A stretch of DNA of 63,011 nt, counting the filler, from Reticulomyxa filosa (taxonomy: Eukaryota > Protista > Foraminifera), in NCBI GenBank assembly GCA_000512085.1. It is 23 parts of 23 records of this genome, joined end to end, with 100 filler letters (N's around TTAATTAATTAA, not from the genome) between each part and the next. Parts side by side here need not be neighbours in the genome. Positions count along the whole stretch, not along the records: positions 37,712 to 41,021 come from ASPP01020734.1; positions 41,122 to 43,484 come from ASPP01001985.1; positions 43,585 to 44,841 come from ASPP01014181.1; positions 44,942 to 52,713 come from ASPP01021208.1; 19 more parts are not named here. One strand, 5' to 3'. Positions within the stretch are counted from its first letter, which is position 1. Each line of letters starts with the position of its first letter. The notes beneath the pieces were generated by a model. It was not told the DNA's origin. It saw nothing but the letters and a program-made list of their open reading frames with translations, and did not search any database. The translations under genes were made by a program, and so were the position numbers. Below are positions 38,939-51,447 of this stretch, piece by piece.

Positions 38939-40895
38939 ATGACAACAGAGGAAAACAAAAATATGTACTTATTGGCACCGAGTTTGTCCACTGATTATGC
39001 ACAAAGTTAAATAACTTAATTTTGTCTGTTTTTTTACTGCCAACGGAAAAAAAAAATGCCAAAAAAAAGCCTCACTGCAACATGATTCAAATACGCAACC
39101 AATGATCGAATCATTGGACCAAAGTTCTTTGTCGTCTCATGATGACCAAGAAGATCGAAGACAGGCATTAAGTAACAATAAGCCAAACATGCAGAGTTCC
39201 CTGACGTTTACTCCTCGAGGTATTTGTGAATGTTCCTTTATGTTTGAAATCACCAAGAAAGGGGGGGGGGGGGGAAGGGATGAATAAAGAAGGAAAGGAG
39301 AGAGAAGAGGGAAGAAAAGAAGTGTAAATAGCAATAAATGATACAAAAAGGGGAGTGAATGTGTTTGAACAAAGGCTTGGCGATGTATCTATCGTCTAAA
39401 ATGACGGCCGGATCAATGAAAGGATCGATATTCAATATGATCCTATCAACAGTGGGAGGAGGTATGTTGTCGTTGGCATATGGTGTGAAGCAAGTCGGTT
39501 TGGTGCCGGGACTGTTGTTGTTGATATTCAGCTGTTGGTTGTCCTACTTTACCAACGACTTGTTGTTGCTCACCACGCAGCACATGCCAAAGGGTCAAAC
39601 ATTATCTTTTTTGAATTTGAGTCGCCATTGTAGTCCTGTGTGGGGTGAACGACTGGCAAAGTTTACACAGGGCATGTTGATTGTGCAAATGTTTGGACAG
39701 TTTATTAGTTACGAAGTCGCCTTTGGCGGATTGCTTGACTTGGTCTGGACCGTCGTGGTCAATGACAGTTTTGTGAGTTTTCAACATTCATACGTATACT
39801 GCATCATTCAAATACACAACGCAACACGACATATTACAATCACAAAAAAAAAAACAAGTATTTACGTATATGCAATTCTGATATTCACGTGGGGGGTCAT
39901 ATATCCACTCAGCTTGCTTCGTCAAATGAGTGCATTGCGCTACACGAGTTTGTTTGGGATGATGTGCTCGCTATATTTGGGGCTCGTGATATTGATCGAG
40001 TATTTCATATTGTGCAATGGGGAGGAAATCGATTTAGACTCGAATTCCATTCACACATGCTTTTGGAAAGGCAATTTTCATTTGCCAAATGACGCCATTG
40101 CGAATTATGACGACATGTGGTCGTTTATTAAACGTCTGCTGGTTAGCATTCCCTTGTTTGTATTTGCGTATACGTCTCAACAATTCATGCTGCCTATCTA
40201 TTCTGAACTGAAAAAACCCAGTCGACAGCGAATGCAAAAGGTATTGCAAAGATCTTCTTATATCGTTGTTTTTATTTACATTTGTGCCTCGGGCTTTGGT
40301 TATTTAACCTTCTTAGGTATGTGTCTATGTCCCTCCCCTCCTCTTCCCTCGTTGGCCTTCTTTCTCTCCCATAAAGTAAAATCACATTAAAAAAAAAAGA
40401 TGGCGTTTGTGGCAACATATTACTAAATGACTATAAAAAAATCCTATTGCCGTCATTGCTGCGGTGTCAATATCGACGTCAATGATCCTAACCCAACCCA
40501 TTTGCTCATTCACGTGGCGCACCAATCTCAGTGAAATTGTTTGGAACACAAAACAATTGTCGACGAAAAGCCATATCATTATTACTACTCTTTACACCTT
40601 TTTTGGAATGGTAGTCGCTTTACTTGTCACGGACATTGAAGTGGTATTTGGACTGCTTGGTGCAACCACTTATCCATTGTGTGGCTTTGTTCTCCCCGCC
40701 ATTTACTTTTATTGCATTGTTCCTGCGGAAGCACATCCCACTCGAAGAAAATTGGCCGTGTTACAAGGTGCTCTTGTTGGTATTGCCAGCTTGGGATCTT
40801 TGATTTATCAAATTTACGGGATGTTTGCCCCAACCGGCGATTCGACCAAGTGTCGCAACATGCAAAGTATTCAGTCGTCCAATCTGTTCAAATGA
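38939..40895 (+). CDS. Amino acid transporter, SLC38/AVT (Aa_trans) family, multi-exon
   Basis: GSIFNMILSTVGGGMLSLAYGVKQVG, PLSLLRQMSALRYTS, PLFVFAYTSQ, PIYSELK, GFGYLTF, VFGLLGAT...FVLPA; introns at about 38982, 39220, 39775 and 40317. Confidence 0.92.
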
Positions 40896-42481
40896 ACACC
40901 TTCGGGTTATTTCGCATTTTTAATTCCACTTATTTTTTTGTGCAAAAAATTATATTTTTATGCAATCAGGTATAGTATAAGTAAAAGAATTTGGACGGGT
41001 GACGATCAATCGCTTTTTTTTNNNNNNNNNNNNNNNNNNNNNNNNNNNNNNNNNNNNNNNNNNNNTTAATTAATTAANNNNNNNNNNNNNNNNNNNNNNN
41101 NNNNNNNNNNNNNNNNNNNNNTTAGTGAAGCTCTTCACCGTAGACTCCCCACACTTTCTTTTTATTGAAGCTTGTATTCTGAGCTAAGTTCATTTTGTAT
41201 TACACTTAGTATACTAACTATTTCTATATTCACACAAATTTTACATCCGATAGTGTGTATTGACTTTGTAAGTAATCAAACATTAAATTATTTAAGCGAA
41301 AGTTAATTGTTCAGTAGTATGTGTCAAAGTTAAATCAAACAACTAATCTTTTATTTTTAATAACAATTTCTCCTATTTAAGTAAAATTACGTTTTTTAAA
41401 ATGCAAAGAATGATTTAATAAATATGATTTTACATTTATGCAAACTTGTGTATTCGATTGACAAATGTGTATAATTGTCACTTAGACGTCACATAAAAGA
41501 AACTAAACATCATAAATTGTTCATTTTAGAAGAAAAAAATTTTATGTTTCCTTTGGCATATTATAGTAAACACTATTAAAAAGAAGTTTGCACTTAGCAT
41601 ACACTTCTTTTATGATTTTAAAGAATTTTTTATAAAGAGTTTTTATCCTTAACCTTTTAAAAAAAATTCAATATTTTTTGAAAACAATCCATTATTGCAT
41701 AAATGTGCTTGGAGACCGTATCACGTTACTTTTTGTTTATTTTATTGAACTAAGAGCGTATGTAAGAGTTTTTTTTTTTGTACCGTGTGGAGACCGTATG
41801 TGTGATACATAATTGCCTAAAAAAGTCGAAATCGTAGCATTTGCTTCAATACAAACGAAAATCTTAAAAAATTTGTATGATTCTTTTCGAAGTGAAACAA
41901 TGTTCCTGTTGTAATTTTTGTAAAGAGAAAGTATGAAAACAAAGAGGAGAAATGCGAATGGATATTTTGGCCTCATATTAAAAAAGGTTATTGACAATAC
42001 GCCCTCGTTCTGCTCGAAACCAAACTTGTGCAGATCATCACAAATTGTTGTTGGTTCAAAAAAAAGAAAAAAACAACCCACCAAAAAAGAAGAAACGTTT
42101 TCATTTCTCTTGGCGTTTCACATGAGGCAAGCAAGTAGTTGAATGCCCCCTGAGAGTTTTTCTTTTTCTTGTTTGGTTGTTTTTTCCCAAAAGAACAATT
42201 TTCCCAACTTACACCATTTTTATTATCCTTGTTAATGGAAACAGCAAGATCTGGCTGCACGAATATTTTGGAAAGAAGTTATTGAATATTATTATATTGA
42301 TCTTATCGTCCAGCACTCACTTTTTTTTTTTAAATTCGTAGGACCCCGGATTTTTTTATATTATTTAATGTTATCTTATCTTAACGTTTACTTCGGCTGA
42401 CGGGGGAGTGGTGGCTACAAATAGACGTGATCAAAGATGTTATTTATTTTATGTATAAATAATATGTTTTGTTCCAAATCA

Positions 42482-43431
42482 TTATCCCTCCCCCCTTTCA
42501 AATGAAGAGTATTTCTTAACTTTTTTTATCGACTTTGGTGGTAAATTTCTTCCTTTGAGATCAGGCAGCGGTCGCGAAGGTGGGTCCAGACGTCGGGATG
42601 ACGATTGACTGACGGCATATCGATGTGCACTCGCCGTAGCAGTGTCATTTTTACTCTCATGGATCGAAGTTTCTTTGGTTAGACTAGTGCGAGTGGACGC
42701 TTGGCTTTCCAAAGTCTTTTGCGCTCTGGACATAAACGGAGCCACTTCATTGGGGTTATTCAAGTGCGCCCAATATAAAAACTCTTGCCCGTTGTCTTTG
42801 TATACCACTTGCACTTGTCCAGAAAAGCGATCCATACGACGAATTTGGCCTATTTTCCATCCTGGATGTCTCAATGTAGGATTTAGGTCTATATAATCCC
42901 GTACTTTGATATCCGGGAAGCGCAGGTTAGGTTCTGTTGTTATTGTTGTTATTGTTGTTTTATTTTTATTATTTTATAGTGTATGCGTGCACGAGCGTGC
43001 ATATGTTTTATTTGTTTTATTATTGTTATTATTAAATAAGTATACGATATGTATACGTATAATATATATATATACATATATGTATATGTATATATTTATA
43101 TGCGTATGTTATATTGTATATAATAATTACGTCGAGAAATGGTATCTGCTGCGGCAAATCGGAACAAATCCCTTGTGTAATCACTCCAAACATCCCATTT
43201 ACTATTCCAACCGTCGTAATGAATCTTGAGCATGGACCCTTGCTTTTCCACGACAATTGCTTTCAGAAACCTCCCGACGTCATCGCGATGATCCACCTTG
43301 TCGTCAGGGCGTAGTCTCTCGGCCTCCTTCTCTGTCATGCACTGCACAAATTCCGTGCCTTGTGTGTCTGCAAATGCGTCCGTTTTTCGCAGAGGTTGCA
43401 TCTCTTTTTCTTCTCTCTCATCGTCCGTCCT
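42482..43431 (-). CDS. Tandem MBT/Tudor-like (Royal family) repeat protein, 3' part
   Basis: LRPDDKVDHRDDVGRFLKAIVVEKQGSMLKIHYDGWNSKWDVW...FAA and a second repeat IKVRDYIDLN..GWKIGQI...QVQVVY...YWAHL..EVAPF. Confidence 0.75.
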
Positions 43432-43584
43432 CTGGTTACATTTTTCAAAAAAAGAGAGAGAGAGAGTGTGAGGGGAGGGGGGGGNNNNNNNNNNNNNNNN
43501 NNNNNNNNNNNNNNNNNNNNNNNNNNNNTTAATTAATTAANNNNNNNNNNNNNNNNNNNNNNNNNNNNNNNNNNNNNNNNNNNN

Positions 43585-44841
43585 AGACATAATAGTGCTA
43601 ACAAAAGGATTAAATACAAACGAATCGAAACCAGTGAATAGATTGTCCAAAGAGCAATAAAAAAAAGAATAGTCCGACGGATAGCATTAATAAGATGAGC
43701 AGGATAAAGACATAAAATCCAGTAGCATACACTACAATGACAATGCTGGTAATGAGAAAACTCTTGACTGCATTTTCAATTCCATCACTCGTGTCATCAC
43801 AGCCAAAATTTCTCTCTTGCAAAAAGTAGAAACGCAAAAATCTCTGTCGAACGCGCTGACATAACGCTTGTGCAAAAAATACATAATGACACATCCACTA
43901 TCTTACGACAGGGATGATACAACATTGCCACCACCAAGCCTTTTCCAATACATAAAATATAAATTAATAATATACACATATATGTATATGCATATATAAC
44001 ATGTATAACGATCACAATCACTATAAACTGACAATAAGTCGATACATGACAAAAGCATCCATAATGGACGTGTCAATGTATAGATTGATAACTTGGTTTC
44101 CAAAAAGTCTACTTCAATTTTCATCTTTCTAATTCTTCTCCTTTTCGATGTCTCCACCAACCGACCTTGTTTTGAAAGTTTTTTTTTATTATTATTGTGC
44201 AATATTGGAAGGCTAATCTGGTGGTATAGTCCGAACATTTCAATTGAAGTAAACTTCATATATTTCGGAATAATGTGGTATGTATGAAAGTATCAGCTCA
44301 CCCACTCCACTTTGATGAATCTTTTACTTTGAATTGAGAAAATGAGTCCACATCTATTCATTGGTAAAACAGCAGAATAATTTTTTGATTCACTTTGTAG
44401 AATAGTAACGCTACCATAATCTGAAATATTAAAATATAACAAAAAGTTTGTGCTATGTGTATCATACGTAAAATCAATGTTTCAATCATTTTTACTTTTT
44501 TTTTATTATTTTCGAAAAAAAATACAAAAATTTAATAAAATACAAACCTTGTTGCTATACGTCACTTTATTCATAATTTTCTGAATTGACGTAATAACAA
44601 AAAATTAAATCTTTAAATCAAAGTTTTACCATTTATAATAATTTTCAATAATCACAGTTTCTAATTTGATAATGGCAGCAAATAATCCTTTTGGTGAACC
44701 TATTCAAAACATACAAATAAATTTATAATATAAAAATTAATATATTATCTTATAAAAATAAACAAAAACATACAGGAAAAATGCAACCAAAAAAACGAGG
44801 AATTATTCAAATTATCAGTATCCAAAGACAAAAACACGAAC
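43585..44841 (-). pseudogene. Degenerate multi-exon membrane-protein gene, family unknown
   Basis: Several hydrophobic segments spread over different frames, with GT-AG intron-like gaps and stops. Confidence 0.3.
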
Positions 44842-44941
44842 NNNNNNNNNNNNNNNNNNNNNNNNNNNNNNNNNNNNNNNNNNNNTTAATTAATTAANNN
44901 NNNNNNNNNNNNNNNNNNNNNNNNNNNNNNNNNNNNNNNNN

Positions 44942-45607
44942 CAAATTTCCAAGGCCATTAGGCAATCGCTCTATGCGCATCGACTCTCCTACCATTCGCG
45001 ACATTCGACTGAAAGAAGAAGAATTGGCTCCAAATGGCCATGACGAAGACGAAGACGAAGAAGATGCCAAAGAAAACATGGATGGTCATCACAAACAAAG
45101 ATCTTCCATTATAAACGCTTCCCAAAATAGCAAACTTTTGTTCCAACCACAACTAACCACCCAAGATTTTGAAACCATATTGTATGTTCAACATCTTTAT
45201 CCATACTTATTTTTTTTAATTTTATCATTTTCTTGTTTTTCAAAAAAAATAGGAGCAAATATGTGAAAGATGGAGCAGAATTAGGTTCCTCTGACGTGGA
45301 AAAAGTATTTCCTGATTGCTTGAATGTATTGTATGAGAATGTTAAGAAGGCGTGGGAGAAAGATCATAGCAATCTTCCGATTAAATCGTTGGAAAATTTT
45401 TACTCGAAATATTCCGGAGACAACCTGAAACCACAATGCCAAAAATTCCTCACCGAATTAACCGAGAAAACTCAAAAAAATACCTTTGATCCTGATGTTG
45501 TTTTATCTACATTTAATTCCAGTGTTGTCAACAACTTTGCAGAAAACTTGAGTGTTTTGGTTAAGTCCCAGACTCATAGGCAGTCAGTAATTGGCATGAG
45601 CCAATAG
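44942..45607 (+). CDS. Hypothetical protein, 3' part
   Basis: Two coding-like ORFs joined by an intron at 45182-45252. Confidence 0.6.
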
Positions 45608-46153
45608 ATTCCCAAAATAGAAGATTCCTAAAGAGAAAAAAAATGAAAAGTTTGAAATGTGTAATGGGTTGTCTTTTTCTGTTGTGGGTTTTTGTTGTTG
45701 TCTGGGTGAAAATTATGGCAATCACTTGTTCGAAAATACAACCAAGACAAAAATTAATTGAGAAGATTGTCCTTTTGTATATTTATGCAAGGTGTTTTTA
45801 TTGAGTTGTGAGTTAGAAGAGGTAAAAGTGGGCAATAAACTTTTTCAAATCTGTTTGTTGCTTACTGTTCAGGCGATAAAATTGTTCATTTTTTTAAGCG
45901 CTAAATCTTTTCGCTTTGTTTTGACCAAGTAGTCTGGTTTTTGAAAAGTTGAACTGTTGGAATTTACAAGAAAAAAAGCAAAAAACATGCCAGCAAAAAC
46001 AGCCAAAAAAACACAAACAAATGAAATTGATACAATCAAAAGAAGAAATAAGTAGTTTTGTGAAACAAGAAGCAAATAAATACAGCAACAAGAAATTTAG
46101 CTCTTTTATTTGGTATTATTTTTGATAAATTGAAAAAACTTACTTTTTCACTT

Positions 46154-49120
46154 TCACATGAGATTGCAACCACAACCAATAGAATTGGAAGCAACAGTTG
46201 AAGCTTTCTCACTAAATTTGGTCTGTGGAGAGGGATCAGCGATTCTACCAACAAACCACACTAAGTCATTTTGCGTTGTCAACAAATACAAATCAAATGG
46301 ATAATTGAAAGACTCTTTGACGACACCATTTTTAATAATTTCAACAGGTGTTTCTGGCAATTTTGTTTCTTCGTTAATGTGTTTTGTATAAGCGGGTGTG
46401 AATCCAGTCTCATCCACACATAAGTGAATCTGTTGAATCAACTGTGACATATGCAATCCTCTCTCCTTGGCATTATTACACATTTTGCTAAAATCGGCTT
46501 CAGTTGAATCAAAAGCCACATTTAAGTGTTGTGACTCTTCCAAAAACTGAGCAACGTCCATGTGGGTTACAATGTCCATTTTTGGGATTCGTAAATCAAC
46601 ACATACTTCTTTGCAATTATTAATTAAATCATACACTTCGCCCAACCTAATGAACAAGTATCAAAAACCAATTGTGATAAAGCAAGACAAGACCCAAAAT
46701 AAAATGAAATGAAACTAACGTCAAAGGTGCTTGGCTAAAATCGCAAGAGGTATATTTGATCAAGACCAAAGACAAACTTTGCAACAAGTCGTCATGCAGC
46801 AAATGATAGTTTAAAACAACGCAGCACTTTCCAACACGATTAGCTTCTTCAGCGGTGGCAATGTCATTATAATACAAAACATTGCGCACATCATGCATAA
46901 ACGGAATTTGTTTCAGTTCGCAATCGCAGTGTTCACTTGTAAAGAATGGCAGTTGGAAGGTATCGTCTACATCGAATTCATATTCAAACACACCTTTAAA
47001 ATACAACGTCGACACGCCAATTGATGCCGCGTCATAGTTGATCTCTTCCATCACATGTTCGATCTTGCTATTAGTCTGTCGACCCGCCCATTCATTGATT
47101 TTACGTTGAATTCTCTTATGTTTCGACTCATCCGATAGTGCTGCATGTCGAAGATATCTCTTATTGCATTCCAAGCATCAAACATTAATACGTACACATA
47201 TACATATAAATATGATAATATTTGTAATATAACAAAACTTTAAATGTCTTTGAAAAGCTGGGAGAAATGCTGAAACAACTATCGACCCAAACACATGTGC
47301 CAACATAAAGTTGAGTCATGACCGGTGCATTACTTGCTTTGCGTGATCTTTTGGAAGAGCTAATATCCGAGATTTCAAAGTCGTCAGGAGACTGTTCCGG
47401 CTCTTGGCTCTGCTCTTGACTTTGTTCCTGCTCCTGCTCCTGCTCTTGTACATCATCCGCGATGGGTGATGGGATGACCAAAGAGTGACCCGAGACATGG
47501 CCAAAGGAATCGGCAGTATCGATGGTCAAAGCCGGGGCGTCGATTAAAAATTTTTTGACAGGTTCTTTGTCATTAGTTGCCAAAGGTGTGACTTTATCAA
47601 TCACCGTCGGCAATTGAGATGTGTTTACATTTGGCGTCGGGTCGGATAGTTGTATTTGCAGTGTCTTTATTGCGTTGCCATTTTTTGGCTCTTCCTCCTC
47701 ATCCTCTTGGATGGCCGCAAACACACCGCTGTCGTTGGTTTGAAGATGAGAAGGAGGAGGAATGACCAGATCTTCGGAAGAAGGGACTCGCTCTCTGGGC
47801 TCATGTATCTCCGCTGCTCGTCCAGCCGGTCCATTTCTTTGTTATACTTTTCTTTAAACTGCCGGTTTATGCCTTGTTGCCATAAAAACAGTTGTTTCAC
47901 TTTTTCACGAGATTCCGTTTCCCAATGTCCCATGTCTGTTCTTTTTTTTATTTTTATTTTTTGGTTTATTTCTTTGTTCCCCGCTTTTCTTACGTATACA
48001 AATTTTTTTAATATAATAAAAAAAAAAAAATGTTCCTATGTTACCACCAATAAAAAAAAAAATTATACGTGCGCAAAAAAAAAAAATTTTTTAGGAAGTT
48101 TAAAAAAAAAACACACATACATACATACATACATACAAATGAACGAACAAAAACAAACCCAGATGATGAAATTTGGGCAGTTTGGTAATTAGGGAATCCA
48201 AAGAAGCTTTGGTCCGACCGTTGGCCCCTAACCAGAACAAGCCCAGCATTTGCCACAAGCCAATGGGACAGATGGCGACGTTGGAGAATTTGTATTTGAG
48301 TTTTCGATTGTATTTCTCACTTATCGTGCCTCGCTCGTAATGCATATAATACAGTGCTTTGCGATACATCTCATTGCAAAAGCGATGCAACACCACCGCC
48401 GCAATTGGAAATGGAATCTGCTGTGTCACTCGCGGACTCGTGCGATATTTCAATGCATTGTTATTGTTATTATTATTATTATTATCTTCCATTAATGACA
48501 GACTCTCTTTTGTTTTGTACTCATTGTTCCCTTTTTTTATTGACTTCAATCTGAACTCAAACTTTGCCAAGGCTTTTTGCGCTTCATGGCTTCTGTTTTG
48601 TTTTTTTTGTTTGTTTATTTGTTTTATTATTCGTTTATTGAATTGAATTTATCTTTTTTTTTTTGTTGTTTGATTGATTGTCTTTTTTTTTAGCTTAACA
48701 TTTACTCAACTGGATTGCTCGTCGCAAAGCGGGAACCCATTGCTGAGATGCATTTGGATCTGAGCATAGTAGATAATTTATTGTTCGATTTTTACGCCAA
48801 ATACATATGCTTTGGTGTATTTTTTTTTTTAGTGATTTTGTGTTCTTATTACAGTTTGGACAGTTTCAAAGGAAAAAATGCAATGGAAAAACATATTGCG
48901 TGTACACGGGCTTTGATTCAAATTTGCTGCTTTTCAAGTCGCTTCGGATTGCTTCCAAAATGTCTGTTACTTCTATTCTCGCTAGTATTTTTTCACGTTT
49001 CGTTGGACTCTCGTAAAAACACAACTCGTCATTTGTTAAAATTCCATATGATTTCACAAAGTCACCATCTTTTGGATGATCCAACCAATCTTCATGCAAT
49101 ATTCGAGGTGACGATGGCAT
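46154..49120 (-). CDS. PH domain-serpin fusion with C-terminal CaaX box (about 780-790 aa, 6 or 7 exons)
   Basis: Exons 49120-48906, 48809-48711, 48592-48159, 47935-47239, 47159-46720 and 46646-46154, all GT-AG. PH: ILHEDWL..YGILTNDELCFYE...QQWVPALRRAI. Serpin: NVAICPIGLWQMLGLFWLGANGRT, INEWAGRQTNSKI, LYFKGVF, LRIPKM, ADFSKM, VDETG, FNYPF..LVWFVGRIADP. Ends GCGCNLM*. One frame discontinuity near 47730-47830. Confidence 0.85.
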
Positions 49121-49958
49121 CCCTGACTCGCTATGCTTATAATCTTTTTTCTTTCAGTCTGCTCCCTTTGCACGGGGGGTTTTGACGATTATTTACATTT
49201 AACACAAATTAGCGTGTATCGCAAAGTTAAACATGAATATCAAAGGAAAGTTATTTTGAGTAATTGTAATTAACTTTGACCAAAATTTCCAGCAATTTCG
49301 TCATCCGTGATTGGTTTCCAAAGTCGGGGATAAACAACTTTTATTCGTTACGGACGAAAATACATTAGTCAATAAAAATGACAACGTTTTTTCTTTGTCA
49401 TTTTCATTAGTGTCACACGTTGAAAAGGCGGCATAAAAAACCTCACATAACACAAATTGAAAACCAAGCAAACCAAGGTAAATACATACAGTCTAAAGGG
49501 CTTTTCATGTGAACAACGCTTTTGACGCAAAGGTTTTAAAAATTTTAACGCACGTTGAATGCAATCAAATGTTTTCAGTTGAATTATAATTTGTGCTAAT
49601 TGCAATGTTTATTGATGTTTGGTTGCGTAGTGGATAAAAAAACAACAACGAGGAAAGATATGATTGAAGAGAAGTTGTCGCTTGTTTTTCTGCTCCAATG
49701 TATTTAAAAAACCTTTAGGGAAAGTAAAGGTTACATAAAAAAAACTGACGCATATAACCCAAATATAAGAAAAAACGTCTGAAAATTGCATCCAAATCAC
49801 TTGCCAGCACTATTCAACGACAATTCGAGAAATGGAGAAAGAGAATCCAATAGCCGGCGGACAACCATTGCAAGGAGAAAAAGGGAGAATAAAGTGTGAA
49901 AAAAAAAAAAAAAAGGAAAAAAGTACATATACATATATATATATATATGTATATATAT

Positions 49959-51447
49959 TCATATAAACACATTTAACTTGTCTTTGGAGGCGACTTGGGA
50001 ATGACTCGAGCGCAATTCTTCCGCACTGGCACTTGAACTTCGTTGTCGTTCTTGTTTGTCTCTGCCTTTTTCTCTTTCTCTATCTCTGTCTCTATCTCTG
50101 TTTCTATCTTTATCTTTGTCTTTGTCTTTGTCTTTGTGCGTGTCAGTGTCATTTTGAGGAGACAAAGAAGACCTCGGAGGAGCAGCATTGGAGCCGACAA
50201 GAGCGGCAGGGGTTTGTCTTTCGGAATAGTGTGGATGTTCATCATTGGAGGATTTAAAGTCCTGTGGCTTTTTTTCATTATTGTCAAAGTCATTCATTAA
50301 TTCATGCTTCGGACTTTTGTGGTTGTCATTTTCGCTACCATTTTTGGTATTGCCTTCATTTTTGTCTCCTTTTTCTTTTTCTTTTTCTTTTTCGTTTGAA
50401 CGAGACGAGTGTTCCCCTCCTCCTCCTCCTCCTCCTCTTTTTCCGTGATGGTGTCGTGAATCCGACTTTTTCTTTTGACTACGCGATCTGCTTTTACTAT
50501 TGCTTTTGCTTTTACTTTTGCTTCGACTCTTGCTTTTGCTTTTACTTTTGCTTTTGCTCTTGCTCTTGCTTTTGCTCTTACTTTTGCGCTCTTGCTCTTG
50601 CTCGGGCTTCGACTGTTGCTATAACCACGACTGCGACTGCCCACTTGCTTGTTGCTGCTGTCCTTGTTGTGCGAACTGCTGTTTTTATGAGATCGATGCT
50701 CTGCGTGTCTTCGCTTGCGGCTGTTGCTGTTGCTACGGCTTCGGCTTCGGCTATCGCTACGACTGCGAGGAGCGCGACTGCGACTTCGCTCACGAGATAC
50801 GCTACTCTCACTGTCATAACGTCTCCTTCCTCGAGGGTTCTTTTTTTTTTTTTTTTTTGTTTTTTTGATTGGGTGAGTCAGCAAAAAAAAAAAAAAAAAG
50901 GGGTTAGAAAAACAAGGAAGAGAAAGAGGACCAAAAAAAAAAAAAAAAAGTTTGAAACTTTCTTCCAGCAGAATCATAACGTCCAGATCTTTTGTCATTG
51001 CGATTACGGGCGGGCTCGACAATCAATGGCACTCCCAATAAACGCCGGCCAGATAAATGTTCTACTGCCGATTCTGCGTCGCTTGATCGTCGGTATTCCA
51101 CAAAACAAAAGTTCACTTTCTGTTTCACAAACACAATCATCCATTTCATTATCTTTGCAGGCCTTTTTTTCTCTCTCTTCTTCCCTTTTCCTCATCTTTT
51201 GACATAAGGTTAACTTGTCCTCTATCTTTAAAGTCAAAATCTACTAATTGTCCTGTTTGTTATTATTTTGTTTGCTTGTTTGTTTGGGTTGGGCTTGTTT
51301 GTTGCTTCCCTCTTCTCTTTTTTTTTTGTGTATAATGGAGATCTTTTCGTCCTTACCATATTCAGAAAACAACTTTTCAACCTCTCTTGGTGGGACTTTG
51401 TACTTAATGTTTCCGACATATAAACGGGTACTCCTTGAACTTGGCAT
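49959..51447 (-). CDS. SR-family splicing factor (RRM + RS domain)
   Basis: RLYVGNI (RNP2)..LFSEYG|QLVDFDFKDRGQ|KVNFCFVEYRRSSDAESAV (RNP1), then an RS/KS/RD-rich tail; a 1-base frameshift at 50582-50585. Confidence 0.9.

Noticed and set aside
50264-51202. 312-aa Cys/Phe-rich ORF and poly-Leu ORF on the + strand
   Set aside because: Antisense shadows of the SR protein's low-complexity RS/KS tail.
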